NCBI GenBank assembly: GCA_030770535.1
Contig: JASVEC010000193.1
Span: 1 to 33,654 of the forward strand
Direction of reading: 5' to 3'
Length of the DNA: 33,654 nt
From: Batkoa obscura
Taxonomy: Eukaryota
The translations under genes and the position numbers were made by a program. Position 1 is the stretch's first letter. Every line of letters begins with the position of its first letter. Below are positions 11,797 to 24,749 of this stretch, piece by piece. Under the pieces are notes generated by a model that worked only from the letters and a program-made list of their open reading frames with translations, was not told the DNA's origin and ran no database searches.

Positions 11797-13368
11797 ATAT
11801 ATTATTTTTCTACTTCTATTTAATATGGATATATTATCTGATAGCTATCTATTATTACTGTCTTTTGTACTTTTGATAATAAGTTAAAATATCAAAATAT
11901 TATTATATTTAGATAACCACATCAATTTACATATATATTAAATTCAAAACTCTTACATTCATCAAAAAAAAAATACTGAAGCTATAGTTGATAATAGTGT
12001 TACTTATTGGCTCTTATTTCTTGTTTTCCTCAAAGCACTAATTTTATACATTATTTGATTAAGTTTATTAATAATAAACTTTAGTATTATTTCTTTTTTT
12101 CTATCATAAAATTCCATAAACTTTTGATTATTATAAATGGTTGTTAAAAGCAATATAAATAAATTACAATATTTATATTGTGTGCTTCTACTTATGATTG
12201 AAGTTTTTAAAAAATTTATTTACAAAACTTTGCATTTTGTTTTTACTTCAGCAAAAAATAAAGTTAAATAGCTATATATTTATTATATATTTAAAAAATA
12301 ATAATTGAAATGTGTCTTTTAGGTGAATTTTTTTACTCAATTTTAACTAATTATACATTTAAGGACTCATAAATTTCAGATAAAGTTTGAATTTTTAACT
12401 AAATTCTGAAACTAATCCAGACATCTCCACTTTTATTTATTTATTTATTTAATAATTAAAATAAACTTTTTATTAATGATATATAAAATATAATTGGCCA
12501 TATTAATTTTATTGTAACATTCAATGACAAAAATTTTATTAAATTGGCAAGATAATATAATTCACTTAAAAATTCATGGTTAAAATTGATACTCCGTATA
12601 ATATATTAAAATCCCATTTGTGATATTGAAGCTTAAAAAAAGTAACTACATAATAAATACAAATCCTTCAAAAGATATTAAATCTAAGCTAACTTAAAAC
12701 CAGTATCTTTAAGCCAATACTTTACTAATTCGTTGTTTCAATTATATTAATAAATATTTATATAAAACATCTCATAGTAAAATTTCAAAGACATGCTTGC
12801 TCTACCCAAAACCTTTATTTTCAAATGACCAATCTATATATAGAAATATTCTTTAGCTTTGATGTTACACTATTTTTTGAATTCAGGTATCGTGTTAAAC
12901 TTTACATAAAGCTATGATGTGGTAATACCTGTATGCCCACAATTAAGATACTGTATATCACAATCAATTTAATTTACACTTATAGCCAAGCAATTGTATC
13001 AAATATCAAAAGTTTACGAGTTTAAAAGTCTACGAAAATCAAGATTTTAATGACATTACACGTGGGAAAAAAAACTATCCAAGAATAGTTTTGAAGTTGG
13101 TTTAAGCTAACTAAAAATCATTTTCCACATCATTGAAAAAAATTCAATAATAAGATGGATGGTTCTTAAAGAATTTTTAATCGCTAACATAACATATATA
13201 TTAAATACCATAAAAATTTTGTTTCACTAAACTACAATATTAAGAAAATGACCAACACATGCTAAAACTCAATAATTATAGCAATTATACATCCAGAATA
13301 TATATTAAAACGAAGTATATAAATAAAATTATACTGTGCATAGTTGAACAATACTGTTGATTCAAAAT

Positions 13369-14322
13369 ATGAAAACAATTTCAATACTAATTACTACCTT
13401 ATTAGCTTCTAACCAGATATTAACTGCAAATGTTACACAGCAGGATTATTTTGTTCAGTTTAAACAAAGTCTTGAGACATTAACTAAGAATGTACAACCT
13501 CCTAAAAGCCAAGATAGTAGATTAACTGAGGTATCATTAATTCAACCAGGAAACGAAGCTGACGGAAAAATCTATGCTAGATTCGCAGGTGCTTCCTACT
13601 GCTCTAATGATAGCATCGCTAGCTGGAAGTGTACTCATTGTTTAAAAATCCAGAATTTAATTGAAGATGTTAAAATATTTGAAGATGGAGCTACAGAGAC
13701 TAAAGGGTATATCGCACTAAATAAGGATCGCAAAGAAATTATTATATCATTCCGTGGTAGCTCCAACACGCAAAATTGGCTATTAAATGCTCAAATTGGA
13801 AAAGTATCAGCATCTTTTGGTAGATCTTCTTATAATGTTCATGGTGGTTTTAAAAGGGCAACAGATGCTTTATTCCCTGTTGTTTCGTCTAACTTAAAAT
13901 CATTATTATCTTCTTATCCTCAATATAATGTAGTCGTTACTGGACATAGCTTAGGAGCTTCTATAGCTGATTTGATGGCATTAAGGTTTAAGTATGAGTT
14001 AAATATAGGTGATAATCAGCTACGACTTTACACTTATGGCTCTCCAAGGGTTGGAGATCCTACTTTTGCTAGATTCGTTAATCAAAATGGTTTTACTGTT
14101 GGAAGATTTGTCAATGCAAATGATGTTGTACCTCATCTTCCCCCAGAAATCAACAATTATAGCCACCACCAACAAGAACTTTGGGCAAACGGAATGACTA
14201 CTAAGCTTTGCAGCACTTCTTCTTTAGAAGATACTAGCTGCTCTTATAAAGAATGGTATCGCCCTAGTTCAGATGCTCATCTTAAAATTTGGGACATTGC
14301 ATTAGGCAATGCCAGTTGTTAA
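13369..14322 (+). CDS. Secreted class-3 lipase paralog 2, intact, 317 aa from ATG 13369
   Basis: Signal peptide, FRGS, GHSLG, TYGSPRVG, NDVVPHLP, terminal His and conserved Cys. The ORF-track start at 13357 is TTG; the first ATG is 13369, downstream of a TATA box at ~13317. Confidence 0.95.
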   Translation: MKTISILITTLLASNQILTANVTQQDYFVQFKQSLETLTKNVQPPKSQDSRLTEVSLIQPGNEADGKIYARFAGASYCSNDSIASWKCTHCLKIQNLIEDVKIFEDGATETKGYIALNKDRKEIIISFRGSSNTQNWLLNAQIGKVSASFGRSSYNVHGGFKRATDALFPVVSSNLKSLLSSYPQYNVVVTGHSLGASIADLMALRFKYELNIGDNQLRLYTYGSPRVGDPTFARFVNQNGFTVGRFVNANDVVPHLPPEINNYSHHQQELWANGMTTKLCSTSSLEDTSCSYKEWYRPSSDAHLKIWDIALGNASC

Positions 14323-14681
14323 TTTATATAAATCTGGGATTTATTTTAATTTTTTTAGGGGGATCACAAGGCTATTTTTGAATAAAATTTAATAAATGTT
14401 TAGTATTAAATAAATTTTTTAAACGTTATAGTCTATTGGTTTCTATTTGTATATCCACTTTAAATCTAGACCTCCTCGTTAATTTTTCTGGTTGTGATAT
14501 ACATTGGTTTCCCGTAATGTGTAACTATGGACAAATATAACCCTTATGTAATGCTCTTTTATTTTTAAATACTTTACCCCATAGTAGAATAAGATTGTTA
14601 AATTCAAAATTAGATTTTTAATCATAATTTATAAGAAATTGAAATAGAAAAATTCTACATAGAAATTATTATTTATTAATT

Positions 14682-15624
14682 TTAACAAGCTCCATTACCA
14701 AGAGAAATATCCCACATTCTACGATGAGCTTGGACACTAGGGCGATACCATTCTTGGTAAGAACAGTCTTTATCTTCTAAGTAATCAGCACTACAAAGCT
14801 TAGTATCATACCCATTTACCCAAAGTTCGCGTTGATGATGATTATAGTCACTGATTTCAGCTGGAAGATGGGGTACAACATCATTTTCATTAACAAATCT
14901 ACCAATGGTGAAGCCATGTCGGTTGACAAATCTAGCGAAATCAGGATCTCCAATTCTTGGTCCACCATAAGTATAAAGGTTTAGTTTATTGTTTGGAACA
15001 TTTAATCATATTTAACTCTCAAGGCTATCAAAGAAGCAATAGCAGCACCTAAACTGTGTCCAGTAATCACAACTTTATATTGAGGTAAGAAGATTGAAGA
15101 GATTTCAAGTTAGAGGAAACAACTGGGAATAAGTTATCAGTCACTTTTTTGAAACCACCATGAACATAGTAGGAATTACCACCAAATCTTATTGGTACTT
15201 TTTCAGTTTGAGCATTAATCAACCAATTTCGAAGATTAGCACTGCCACGGAAAGAAACAATGATTTCCTTTCTGTTATTATTAACCACAAAGTACCCTTT
15301 AGTTTGAGTAGATACATCTTCAAATATTTGGATTTTTTCTAATTTATCAGTGACTTGAACGCAGTGAGTACACTTCCATGATTTGATGCTCTCATTATCA
15401 CAATAAGCTGCACCAGCAAATCTAGCATAAGCTTTTCCATTAGCTACGTTTCCTGGGACAATATAAGATGATTCATAAAACCTAGTAGTACCATTCTTTG
15501 GTGGTTCAACATGGTGGGTCATAAGCTCTAAGTTCTCTTCAAACACCTTGAAGTAGTCTTCTTCTTGGGCGTTTAATTGAGTTAAAAGTAAAGCTGATAC
15601 TAAGAAGCTAAAGAATGATTTCAT
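14682..15624 (-). CDS. Secreted class-3 lipase paralog 3; two -1 frameshifts as assembled
   Basis: Full-length homology to paralogs 1 and 4. One base is missing at ~15084 (YPQ codons) and one at ~15005. Length is 943 nt against the expected 945. Confidence 0.88.
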
Positions 15625-17190
15625 ATTTAAAAAAACTTTCCCAAATTTATTTTTTCACATCTTAATACCATGCTTATATATACCTGATGCTCCCATTGTG
15701 TATTTTCTATTTATAATTCTATTTAGATTATTCAACATCATGCGCCAGTAGGAGCTTGTAATAAATCCTGTTAATACAAGTAATTGTAATAAAATTTATT
15801 TATTTACTTATTTCTCTTTATTTAATATTCACCCTCTATTTTTGAAAGAATAATTTTGTCGCGTTTTATACATAGTAAAATAAAAATTTCGTGAGAATTA
15901 AAAAATTAAATAAAAAATGAACTCTACCCTATAATTTTAAGCATGTGGATTTATTGATATGAAATGTTCTTTTTTTAATATTCATCTTGCATAAAGACAC
16001 GTTAATGTTTTTTGGTATCTTTATTAACGATTCAGGCTTAGAAATCAAAGCCTTATTGTTAATACATTTAAGTAAACTATTGGATTGTCAGGTGCACTAT
16101 TTAAATGCGGTATTGCTACTATAAACCTACCTAATTAAAAATAGAAATAGGATTACTTTTTAAAGCAGTTATTTTTAGCTAAGTACTTTACCTTCTTTTT
16201 AATTCCTATATAAAATTTATTTGGATACAGGGTGGTTAGTAACTTTGATTTCAGATGTAAAATTACTAAACTAGACCAAGAAAAGATAAATTCAATATAA
16301 AGTTAATATAGATATATTCAAGCTGTTTGTATAATTTTAATAGTTTAATTCCATTGGATTTATAGAATGTCAAGTTTTTGTCATAAGAACTTTCTGGAAT
16401 TCATTTTGACCTTTTAAACAATGATTGAAAAGCTTCTGTTTTGTTGGGCTTTTTCACGAATAAAATCAAAAAGCTAAAAACCAAGTGACTTCAAATATTT
16501 AGTTGTTTTATTTTTATTTAAATATTTTGTGCTTAATCAAATGCTTTATATATAACTTTCATGAATTAACCATATAATTTTAGTAGGGCACTTGTTGACT
16601 GTATATAATTGGAACAATTTTAATGAGCTAATTTAGACATTAAGGTCAATTATCACCAATAATACTGTTATTTTTATTTCGGAGACTAGAAAGGTTTTAT
16701 GCTGCTTGCAAGTAATTTTTATGATTTTTATGTAATTCTTGGTATTTCAATTTTTCTTTTCACTTTAATTATAGGTCCTTTATGACCAACTATTCCTTCA
16801 TTGTTGGCTATTTTTTCGCTTTTTTGAGCTCAAAATTTGGACAAAAATATTAGCTAAATTAGTACTTAACTCCATATAGACCACAATATTTAATTTTACA
16901 CTTTCTTTTTTTACAGATATTATGTTTGTTTATAGGTTAATACTTTGGAGGCTATTTTCATGCGGTCTTTTAATTTTGAAAATAAATTCTAATAGATCAA
17001 ATCATAACAATGGTATATAGGTGGGTATGAGACATATATAATAATTTTACCTATATCATTCTTTGTTTAAGTATTGTTATTTAGAATTCAATAGATTCTA
17101 ATTATAATGTTTTAATTTTTCCAATAGTTTATTAAATAATAGATTGAGATTTCAGATCGAAAGTTAACTTTCTAATCAAATTTAAAAAAT

Positions 17191-17289
17191 GGGGATGTAT
17201 TTTTGTGTTTAAGAATTTTACCAGCAATCTTTCCCTTTAGACAGCACTTGAAAGATGGAAAAAGTAACGAAATCAAAAAAAACATACCC
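17191..17289 (+). mobile_element. MITE (99 bp), AAAT target-site duplication
   Basis: GGGGATGT...ACATACCC flanked by AAAT at 17187-17190 and 17290-17293. Confidence 0.9.
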
Positions 17290-17381
17290 AAATATTGAAA
17301 TCTTACTTTTTACTTTATCATTTGAATAAAATAGTAGAATTTTTTACCATTTAATAATAATAAAATCAAAAAAAGATAATT

Positions 17382-18331
17382 TTAAGAAGTTCCATTACCA
17401 AAAGAAATATACCATATCCCACATTCTACGATGAGCTTGGACACTAGGGCGATACCATTCTTGGTAAGAACAGTCTTTATCTTCTAAGTAATCAGCACTA
17501 CAAAGCTTAGTATCATACCCATTTACCCAAAGTTCGCGTTGATGATGATTATAGTCACTGATTTCAGCTGGAAGATGGGGTACAACATCATTTTCATTAA
17601 CAAATCTACCAATGGTGAAGCCATGTCGGTTGACAAATCTAGCGAAATCAGGATCTCCAATTCTTGGTCCACCATAAGTATAAAGGTTTAGTTTATTGTT
17701 TGGAACATTTAACTCATATTTAACTCTCAAGGCTATCAAAGAAGCAATAGCAGCACCTAAACTGTGTCCAGTAATCACAACTTTATATTGAGGTAAGAAG
17801 ATTGAAGAGATTTCAAGTTAGAGGAAACAACTGGGAATAAGTTATCAGTCACTTTTTTGAAACCACCATGAACATAGTAGGAATTACCACCAAATCTTAT
17901 TGGTACTTTTCAGTTTGAGCATTAATCAACCAATTTTGAAGATTAGCACTGCCACGGAAAGAAACAATGATTTCCTTTCTGTTATTATTAACCACAAAGT
18001 ACCCTTTAGTTTGAGTTGCTTCATCCTCAAATATCCCAATTTTACCTAATCTACCATTGATATAATTGCAGTGAGTACACTGTCAAGTAGTGATGCTCTC
18101 ATTATCACAATAAGCTGCACCAGCAAATCTAGCATAAGCTTTTCCATTAGCTACGTTTCCTGGGACAATATAAGATGATTCATAAAACCTAGTAGTACCA
18201 TTCTTTGGTGGTTCAACATGGTGGGTCATAAGCTCTAAGTTCTCTTCAAACACCTTGAAGTAGTCTTCTTCTTGGGCGTTTAATTGAGTTAAAAGTAAAG
18301 CTGATACTAAGAAGCTAAAGAATGGTTTCAT
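17382..18331 (-). pseudogene. Class-3 lipase paralog 4, pseudogene
   Basis: TGA at 18083-18085 where paralogs have Trp; -1 indels at ~17908 and ~17792; 7-bp insertion at 17411-17417; terminal Cys replaced by Ser. Confidence 0.88.
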
Positions 18332-19058
18332 GATAAAAAAACTCGAGTTTGTTTTTTCTATTCCAATTTCGTATATTTATATACCTTCAGGTCTTTTTCT
18401 ATCCATCCTCACTTTTAATTGTTTATTAATTATTTGAATCTATCCAGCAATGCGATTTTAATATAAACTTAATTTAAGTTAAGTTGGATATAAGAATGTT
18501 TACTTTTTTATAATTTTTTCCTTTATCTAACGCTGTTTCTATATTTTAAAGCAATAATTCCTATCACGTTTTATACATAATTAAGTTTTAATATTGTGAG
18601 AAAAATAATCAAAATCTAATTCACCCTATAATTTCACACATGTGAGTCCATTGCTATAAAATGTTCTGGATTTAATATTCCTAGTTTCAATTGGAAGCAC
18701 ATTAATCATTTTTAAACGATCCATTTGTCAGTTTAAGTATACAAATAAATATACGTCGATTGTCAATTTATTAAATTCATCAATAAAAAGTACTATAGTA
18801 TTTTGAAGTGAGCTAATTGGAAATTGCACTAAGGCTAAGTAGTATAATAATATTTTGATTAGTAGAGCTAGCATCTACTTTAAATAGTATGCTAAAGTTT
18901 ATTTGGACATAGTTAATTTATGCACCATTTATCAATTTTATACTACAAATTAAATTTTGTGCCATTTCAGTTTTACATCATTTATTTACTTTTTATATTA
19001 TCTATTTTTTATTTGAAAAGCTACACACTTTCAGCTTCTCATTATTTCAAATCAATAT

Positions 19059-19156
19059 GGAGATGTTTTTTTTACTTCATTACTTTTTCTATCTTTTAAG
19101 CGCTGTTTAAGTGGAAAAATTATTAGTAAAACTCTTAAATATAAAAATATATCCTC
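19059..19156 (-). mobile_element. MITE (98 bp), ATAT target-site duplication
   Basis: Reverse-orientation copy GGAGATGT...ATATCCTC flanked by ATAT on both sides. Confidence 0.88.
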
Positions 19157-19331
19157 ATATAACAATCTTAATAAATGTTAAAGGCTTAATTATATTAATT
19201 TTCCTTTAAGATTCCAAAAGGGTAATGCATCAAATGATTAATTCTAGAAAGTAAAAATATGATGATTTTCAAAACTTTAGTATATTAACAAAAAGATATA
19301 CATATTTAAAAAAAATTATTTATTAAAAATT

Positions 19332-20282
19332 TTAACAAGAGTCATTTCCAAGCTTTATATCCCAGATTATACGATGTGCTGCTGAGCTAGTGTGATACCA
19401 TTCTTTATAAGAGCAATTGTGATCTTCTAGCTCATTAGCGCTACAAATTTGAGTTGACATACCATTAACCCAAAGCTCACGGTGGTGATGATTATAGCCC
19501 TTGGTTTCAGCAGGGAGGTGAGGAACAACATCATTCTCATTGACAAAACGACCTGAAACAAACCTATGCTTATTTAAAAGTCTAGCGAACTCGGGGTCAC
19601 CAACCCTTGGAGCACCATAAGTATAAAGTTTAATTCTATTATCGTTTAAACCAATTTCATACTTTAACTTTAAACTAGCTAAGGTGGCAATAGCACCACC
19701 TAAACTATGACCAGTAACTAATAATTTGTATCTTGGATAAGTTCTTAAAAGTACATCTATCTTTTGGGAAATTTGAGGCAATATATTGTCAATGATCTCC
19801 TTAAACCCAGTATGAACATAATAATTTTTCCCATTGATTTCAATTTGAGTCAGTTTAGTTTTACTATTTAGTAGCCAATTTTCAGCATTCGAACTACCAC
19901 GGAAAGCAACAATCACTTCCTCTCTGTCTTTATTGACTGCTAAATAGCCCTTGGTTTCTGTTTTCTCGTTTTCAAACACTTCTATCGATTCAATGCGATC
20001 ACTAACTTTATTGCAATGGGTACATTCCCAGTTAACGAGCTTATCATTCTCACAATAAGTGGCACCAGCAAGTCGAGCATAACCTTTACCTTCTTTTTCA
20101 TTTCCAGGAATAATGTTGGAAACCTCTTTGGCCCCAGGCATAAATCCTAATGGCTCAGCGACTTTATTATCTAAACTTTGTAAATTTTTGGAAAAGTTTT
20201 CAAAATAATTGGCTTCAGTAGAAGATAATACTACTTGAGAAGAGGCTACTAAGGCAGCTAATAGGTTTATGAAGTTAGCCAT
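19332..20282 (-). CDS. Secreted class-3 lipase paralog 5, intact, 316 aa, most divergent copy
   Basis: Signal peptide, FRGS, GHSLGG, TYGAPRVG, NDVVPHLP, terminal His. Confidence 0.95.
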   Translation of the reverse strand: MANFINLLAALVASSQVVLSSTEANYFENFSKNLQSLDNKVAEPLGFMPGAKEVSNIIPGNEKEGKGYARLAGATYCENDKLVNWECTHCNKVSDRIESIEVFENEKTETKGYLAVNKDREEVIVAFRGSSNAENWLLNSKTKLTQIEINGKNYYVHTGFKEIIDNILPQISQKIDVLLRTYPRYKLLVTGHSLGGAIATLASLKLKYEIGLNDNRIKLYTYGAPRVGDPEFARLLNKHRFVSGRFVNENDVVPHLPAETKGYNHHHRELWVNGMSTQICSANELEDHNCSYKEWYHTSSAAHRIIWDIKLGNDSC

Positions 20283-22230
20283 TATTGAATGGATAGTTGT
20301 TAGTTTTTTTTGAAGTATTATAAGTTGCTTTTTATACTTCTATTTATCTAGCTTTTTATTAGTTACACAATTATATTTGTTCTATTGATATCAACCTAAC
20401 TTTACTTCCAGTACCCTGTTATAATTCCCAGTTACACAGTTATAAACCATTCATTATAATGAATAAACTTTTTTAAAATTACTACTGCTAATTGCCTTTT
20501 TGATCATTTAAGGTTTTGACTTTGTATGAACGTGTCCCAAGTCATTATTTACTATTTTTTACCGGTTTTATCTCTGTCAAATTAACTTGTGACTATGTAG
20601 TTTTGAATACTATTCTTAAACTCTGAGGCACTATATGATAAAATTACTGTATTATAGTGTTTCTTTCCACTTCATTTTTCGAATATTTTAAACAAATGGA
20701 ATATAATCTTAATTAAAAGCCTTGATTTTGACTTTGAGCCTCATTAAAGTCTAGTTTTACCAAAAGAAATAATTTAAAAGTTATGCTAAATGCTAAAGAA
20801 AACGCTATTAGAGTTTAGTTCTAGCTTTATTCTCCATAATTTATTCTCACTAAATCTAACTTGAAAACTATTCCAACTTTATTTACATACAAATTCCTAT
20901 TAGCCTATCATTACTTTCTATTTTCCCACATTACTAAAGTCAATAAAACCTCAATTTTGTTACTTTAATTTACCTTGTTTCATTATTCAATTTATTAACC
21001 ATTGTTTTATGTGCTTATTTAAAAATGGAGATGTAAAGAAAAATTACTGGTATGTTGAATGTAACACAAGGAAGTGGATAGTTTTAGAAACAAACAACAA
21101 TGGGACGCGAAAAGTATTTTCCAGAAATATCTCAGTAAAGTCCCATACAAATTTTGAGATTTATTCCAATTTTTTGTAAATAAATAGAATTGTGTTGATA
21201 GACTTGAATATAGCTAAAGAGAATCTAGTAACTATTCGTATACTTCTTTAGTGAAGTCATCGGTAACTCTGAGTCTTATGCTGACTGTTTAGTATCATTG
21301 CACCTGAAATATATCGCAAAAAGTTACAACAACGCAAGAAATAAAATAGAACAAATTTCTATACTATTATTAAATACTAAAATTAGTGTTAAATCAGGAT
21401 TTGGTTGGATTCAGGGCTAGCAAACATAGTATTAACGTAAAAATACTGATTATGCTTTCATTGCGGTTTGAAATAGCTTCATCTTGCTAACTTTTTTCTT
21501 GGCATAGTCGTGACGTAAAAAAATATTGTAATTAGTAACTCAGATTAAACCTCAATTTGTATTTTATTTAATATTACTTATATTTTTCCTCCCCTATGGT
21601 TATCTAAATTTTATTTATATTAAGTACAACCCATCCATAAAGACTACATTACTCCACCGCCCACCTTTCTAATTATCTTCCGACCTATTATTTTTTACTT
21701 ATAGTCAATAGAGAGCCCGTATAGTTTAGAAATTGTGGTGGTATAACTTGACATTTAAGCTTGGAATACATAAAACAGCTACATGAAGGACAATCAGCAG
21801 TACTCTTTTCAAGTTCACCGTCTACCGTCCGTTAAGGTTTGATTGTCATAAATTCCATTTATATAATAAGTCAAATACTGGGGTTTTTGAAAAAATTCTT
21901 AATCGGCGATCAATTTTTTATTAGTGCAAGCACACCTAACGTTGACCTTTTATTGATTTTTTTTATAAAAAACTCAAGAGCTTTTTGTTTAAGATATATA
22001 TACCTATACGTTAGAATAAACTCTACAACATACCTTTTTGCAAATATAAACAAAGAGAGAAATTTTTGATTAAAATAAAGTTAGGTACTAAAAAATTAGT
22101 TACTCAAACTAGTCATTTATATTATTTAGATATTACGGAAATAATAATAATTGTATTTCCCGTTAAAAAACTGCCCACAAAAAGGGCAAAAAAAAAATGC
22201 AGATGATAACATCAAACAACTTCAAAAACA

Positions 22231-22826
22231 TCAAGAATAAATAAAAGAAACTAGCTGTACAAAACAAGTCAAAATAATATGAAATTCATACAGCTGCAAA
22301 TTTGAGCTAAACTTCATATACGCAATTGTGTTATTAACACAGCTCAATCGAAATGAGGCAATCATCGAGCTTTCACTCGATTCCATATAAACTCGATACT
22401 CCAATAATTCGCTATTCCTAACCTTTCTCTTCTTGATCACATAAACGTCTTGAAAACTGCCCTTGAACCCCAATCTATTGATCAAAAGCTGAAAGCAGTA
22501 CTGCAGCATGCGTTAACCTGGGCTAGTGGGAACTCCCAGCTTGGTAATCCGATTTGAAAGTTTTGTGCCTGATTTGAGAACCGCTTGGTTTCTAATAAAA
22601 TTTGTTTATTGTATTCGATCAACTGTAAACCTCTTTGATATTTTTCAACTTTATACCATGTTACTTTACCACTACCCTCCTGAATCTTCCACCGGGTTTT
22701 GTGAAGAGGCGTTAAAGAGTACTCGTTGCGGATAGTAAATACCTTGTTTCGATTGGTGTAACGAGGCAGCAAAGTTCCCTGTTCTAACGCTTCGTATTCT
22801 GGTAAGACGTCATGTTCTATTAACAT
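22231..22826 (-). CDS. PY-PY barrel family member A (~198 aa); one -1 frameshift, probably in the A4 run at ~22484-22487
   Basis: ORFs 22482-22826 and 22231-22509 together align end to end with 29165-29788 and 30783-31403. Carries LPEY and LPRY; ends QLVSFIYS (member E ends QLVSLIYS). Confidence 0.8.
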
Positions 22827-24170
22827 GTTTGGTTTGATTTTTTGAGGATAGTCCTTGAAAATTGTGTGTTTTTATACTGTTGGGTTTCAATCATCTGGAG
22901 GCATTTATTTTATTTAACCGAAGGGTATTTAAATAGATTAATAATTAGAAATTGTTTGATTATTAATAAAACAGAAAGCTTATCAGAGCTTTATTTCATT
23001 AAATTGATTTTGCTATTTTATTTTATTATTTCATTTAGGATAAATTTCATTTATCCTTTTATATTTATCGCTTATTATTAGACTTCAATAAAAAGGAATC
23101 CAATTTTTTATTTTCAAATAGTTTCTTGAAGTGTAAATTATAACAAGATTACCCACAAAATATGATAAAACTAAAGTTATTATAATTAAATTAATCAAAA
23201 AGTTTATGACATTATCTTTACCTACTGTCCTTTCATTTTCACATTTAGAAATTGTTTTTTTATATTAATAGTTATTTTCTAAATTTACCCGTTGTATGAA
23301 TAATAGTATATTTTATCTAATAATAATGATCAAAACAATAATCTAAATTAATGGACATTTAAACAAAGGTCCTACAGCTTTCGAAGTTTTTCAAAATACA
23401 CACTCTACTTTAAAATATATAAAACAAAATTTTACGGATTTGAGAAACAAATCAGCCTAAAGTTACAGGCAGATCTTCGATTCTAAATTTTTCAAAACTT
23501 CAGTACTTAGGTTATTAAAGGGCTTTCTTCATGTTATCATCAGGTCCTTTTACAGAGTTATAAAATTTTAATATATATTCCTATCATAATTTTTCTTGCA
23601 GTTGTTCTGCTCTAGACTCTTTTTTAAACTCTTTTTATGAATAGTTCCATTCTGTACCCCACTCCTTTATTTATGTAAAACATTTTTTTACTCATTGAAG
23701 AAACAACTTAACCTTTGTTTTAATATCATCTACATTTATATTTATACCTATCCTAACCATAAACTTCTTAAGTACAGTATAATATGGACAGCTATTATAT
23801 TTATATATTTGATAAAGATTTGTTATCAACTATGATACCTTCGAGCCTTCTGTGGCTTTCTTACATCACTTTTATCTAATCAACCTTTTGAATTAATACT
23901 TTATCTGACAAATTGAATAACTATTAGGTTTCGTAGCAAAACGTAATCATTTTATGTTGAAATTTTAGTAATTTAAAATTTTATTTTAATCGCTATAAAA
24001 TAGAAAAATAATAAAACTTTATAGAAATTACAATAGTCAAAAAACATTTAAAACTTCAAAAAATTATTTATTGATTGATATTTGAAATAAATTCAATAAC
24101 CTGATTATCGATATACATTGTAATAAATTAACTTTAACCCAACTAATTACTAATACATCCCCTTTTATAT

Positions 24171-24749
24171 TCATATAGCATTACTATAACACTGGGCAAT
24201 TCCAAGTAGTAGAATCTTAACATCCAGTTCATCGATCGACATATAGAATCCTAGTTCGACCAACTGATTCATCGAAACACAAATAACAAACTTGCCGAGC
24301 ACATACCCATCATCTAAATTGACAATTTTGTAGCATATTAACGATTCATTGTTACTGTCCGTCTTGACAAACCCATACATTTTCGAAAACATAGGAACAT
24401 CATATCTATTAATAATAATGTTGTAGTTCCCCATTCTATCAGTATTATTTCTTATCATAACAGCGTTAACATTATCTTGGTTAGAAATTAAAAAAGAGTA
24501 ACTATTCTCTATTTGTGGCAACTGGAATAGCTCTATCAACAGCTCATTGTTTTTGCCTTTTAGCTTTAAGCTTCTTTTTAGTTGATGGACCTTATAGTCC
24601 TTTGAGTTTTTCTCTTTATTATAAATTCCATACTCCTTCCCTTTAAAGCTGAAATGTTTTCTTTTGGCTATTTTGAAATAACTAGCTTCCTCGCGATAGC
24701 TGGGTAGCTCTTCTTTAACAAAACTCTGATACTCTGGTAATACACTCAT
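24171..24749 (-). CDS. PY-PY barrel family member B (192 aa), probable LURP-one/Tubby-like domain
   Basis: Intact ORF; LPEY and LPSY; N-terminal pattern FKIAKRKHFSF..YGIYN....DYKV resembles LURP-one-related proteins; hydrophobic C-terminal helix; TATA box at ~24808. Confidence 0.8.
   Translation of the reverse strand: MSVLPEYQSFVKEELPSYREEASYFKIAKRKHFSFKGKEYGIYNKEKNSKDYKVHQLKRSLKLKGKNNELLIELFQLPQIENSYSFLISNQDNVNAVMIRNNTDRMGNYNIIINRYDVPMFSKMYGFVKTDSNNESLICYKIVNLDDGYVLGKFVICVSMNQLVELGFYMSIDELDVKILLLGIAQCYSNAI

Noticed and set aside
11697..11800. Reading the MITE as Tc1/mariner type with a TA target duplication
   Set aside because: The AAAT-flanked copy at 17191 shows a 4-bp duplication with GGG termini, and the linked transposase motif is not mariner-like.
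21020..21350. Coding-like stretch with scattered stops
   Set aside because: No motif or homolog in the window; cannot be assigned.
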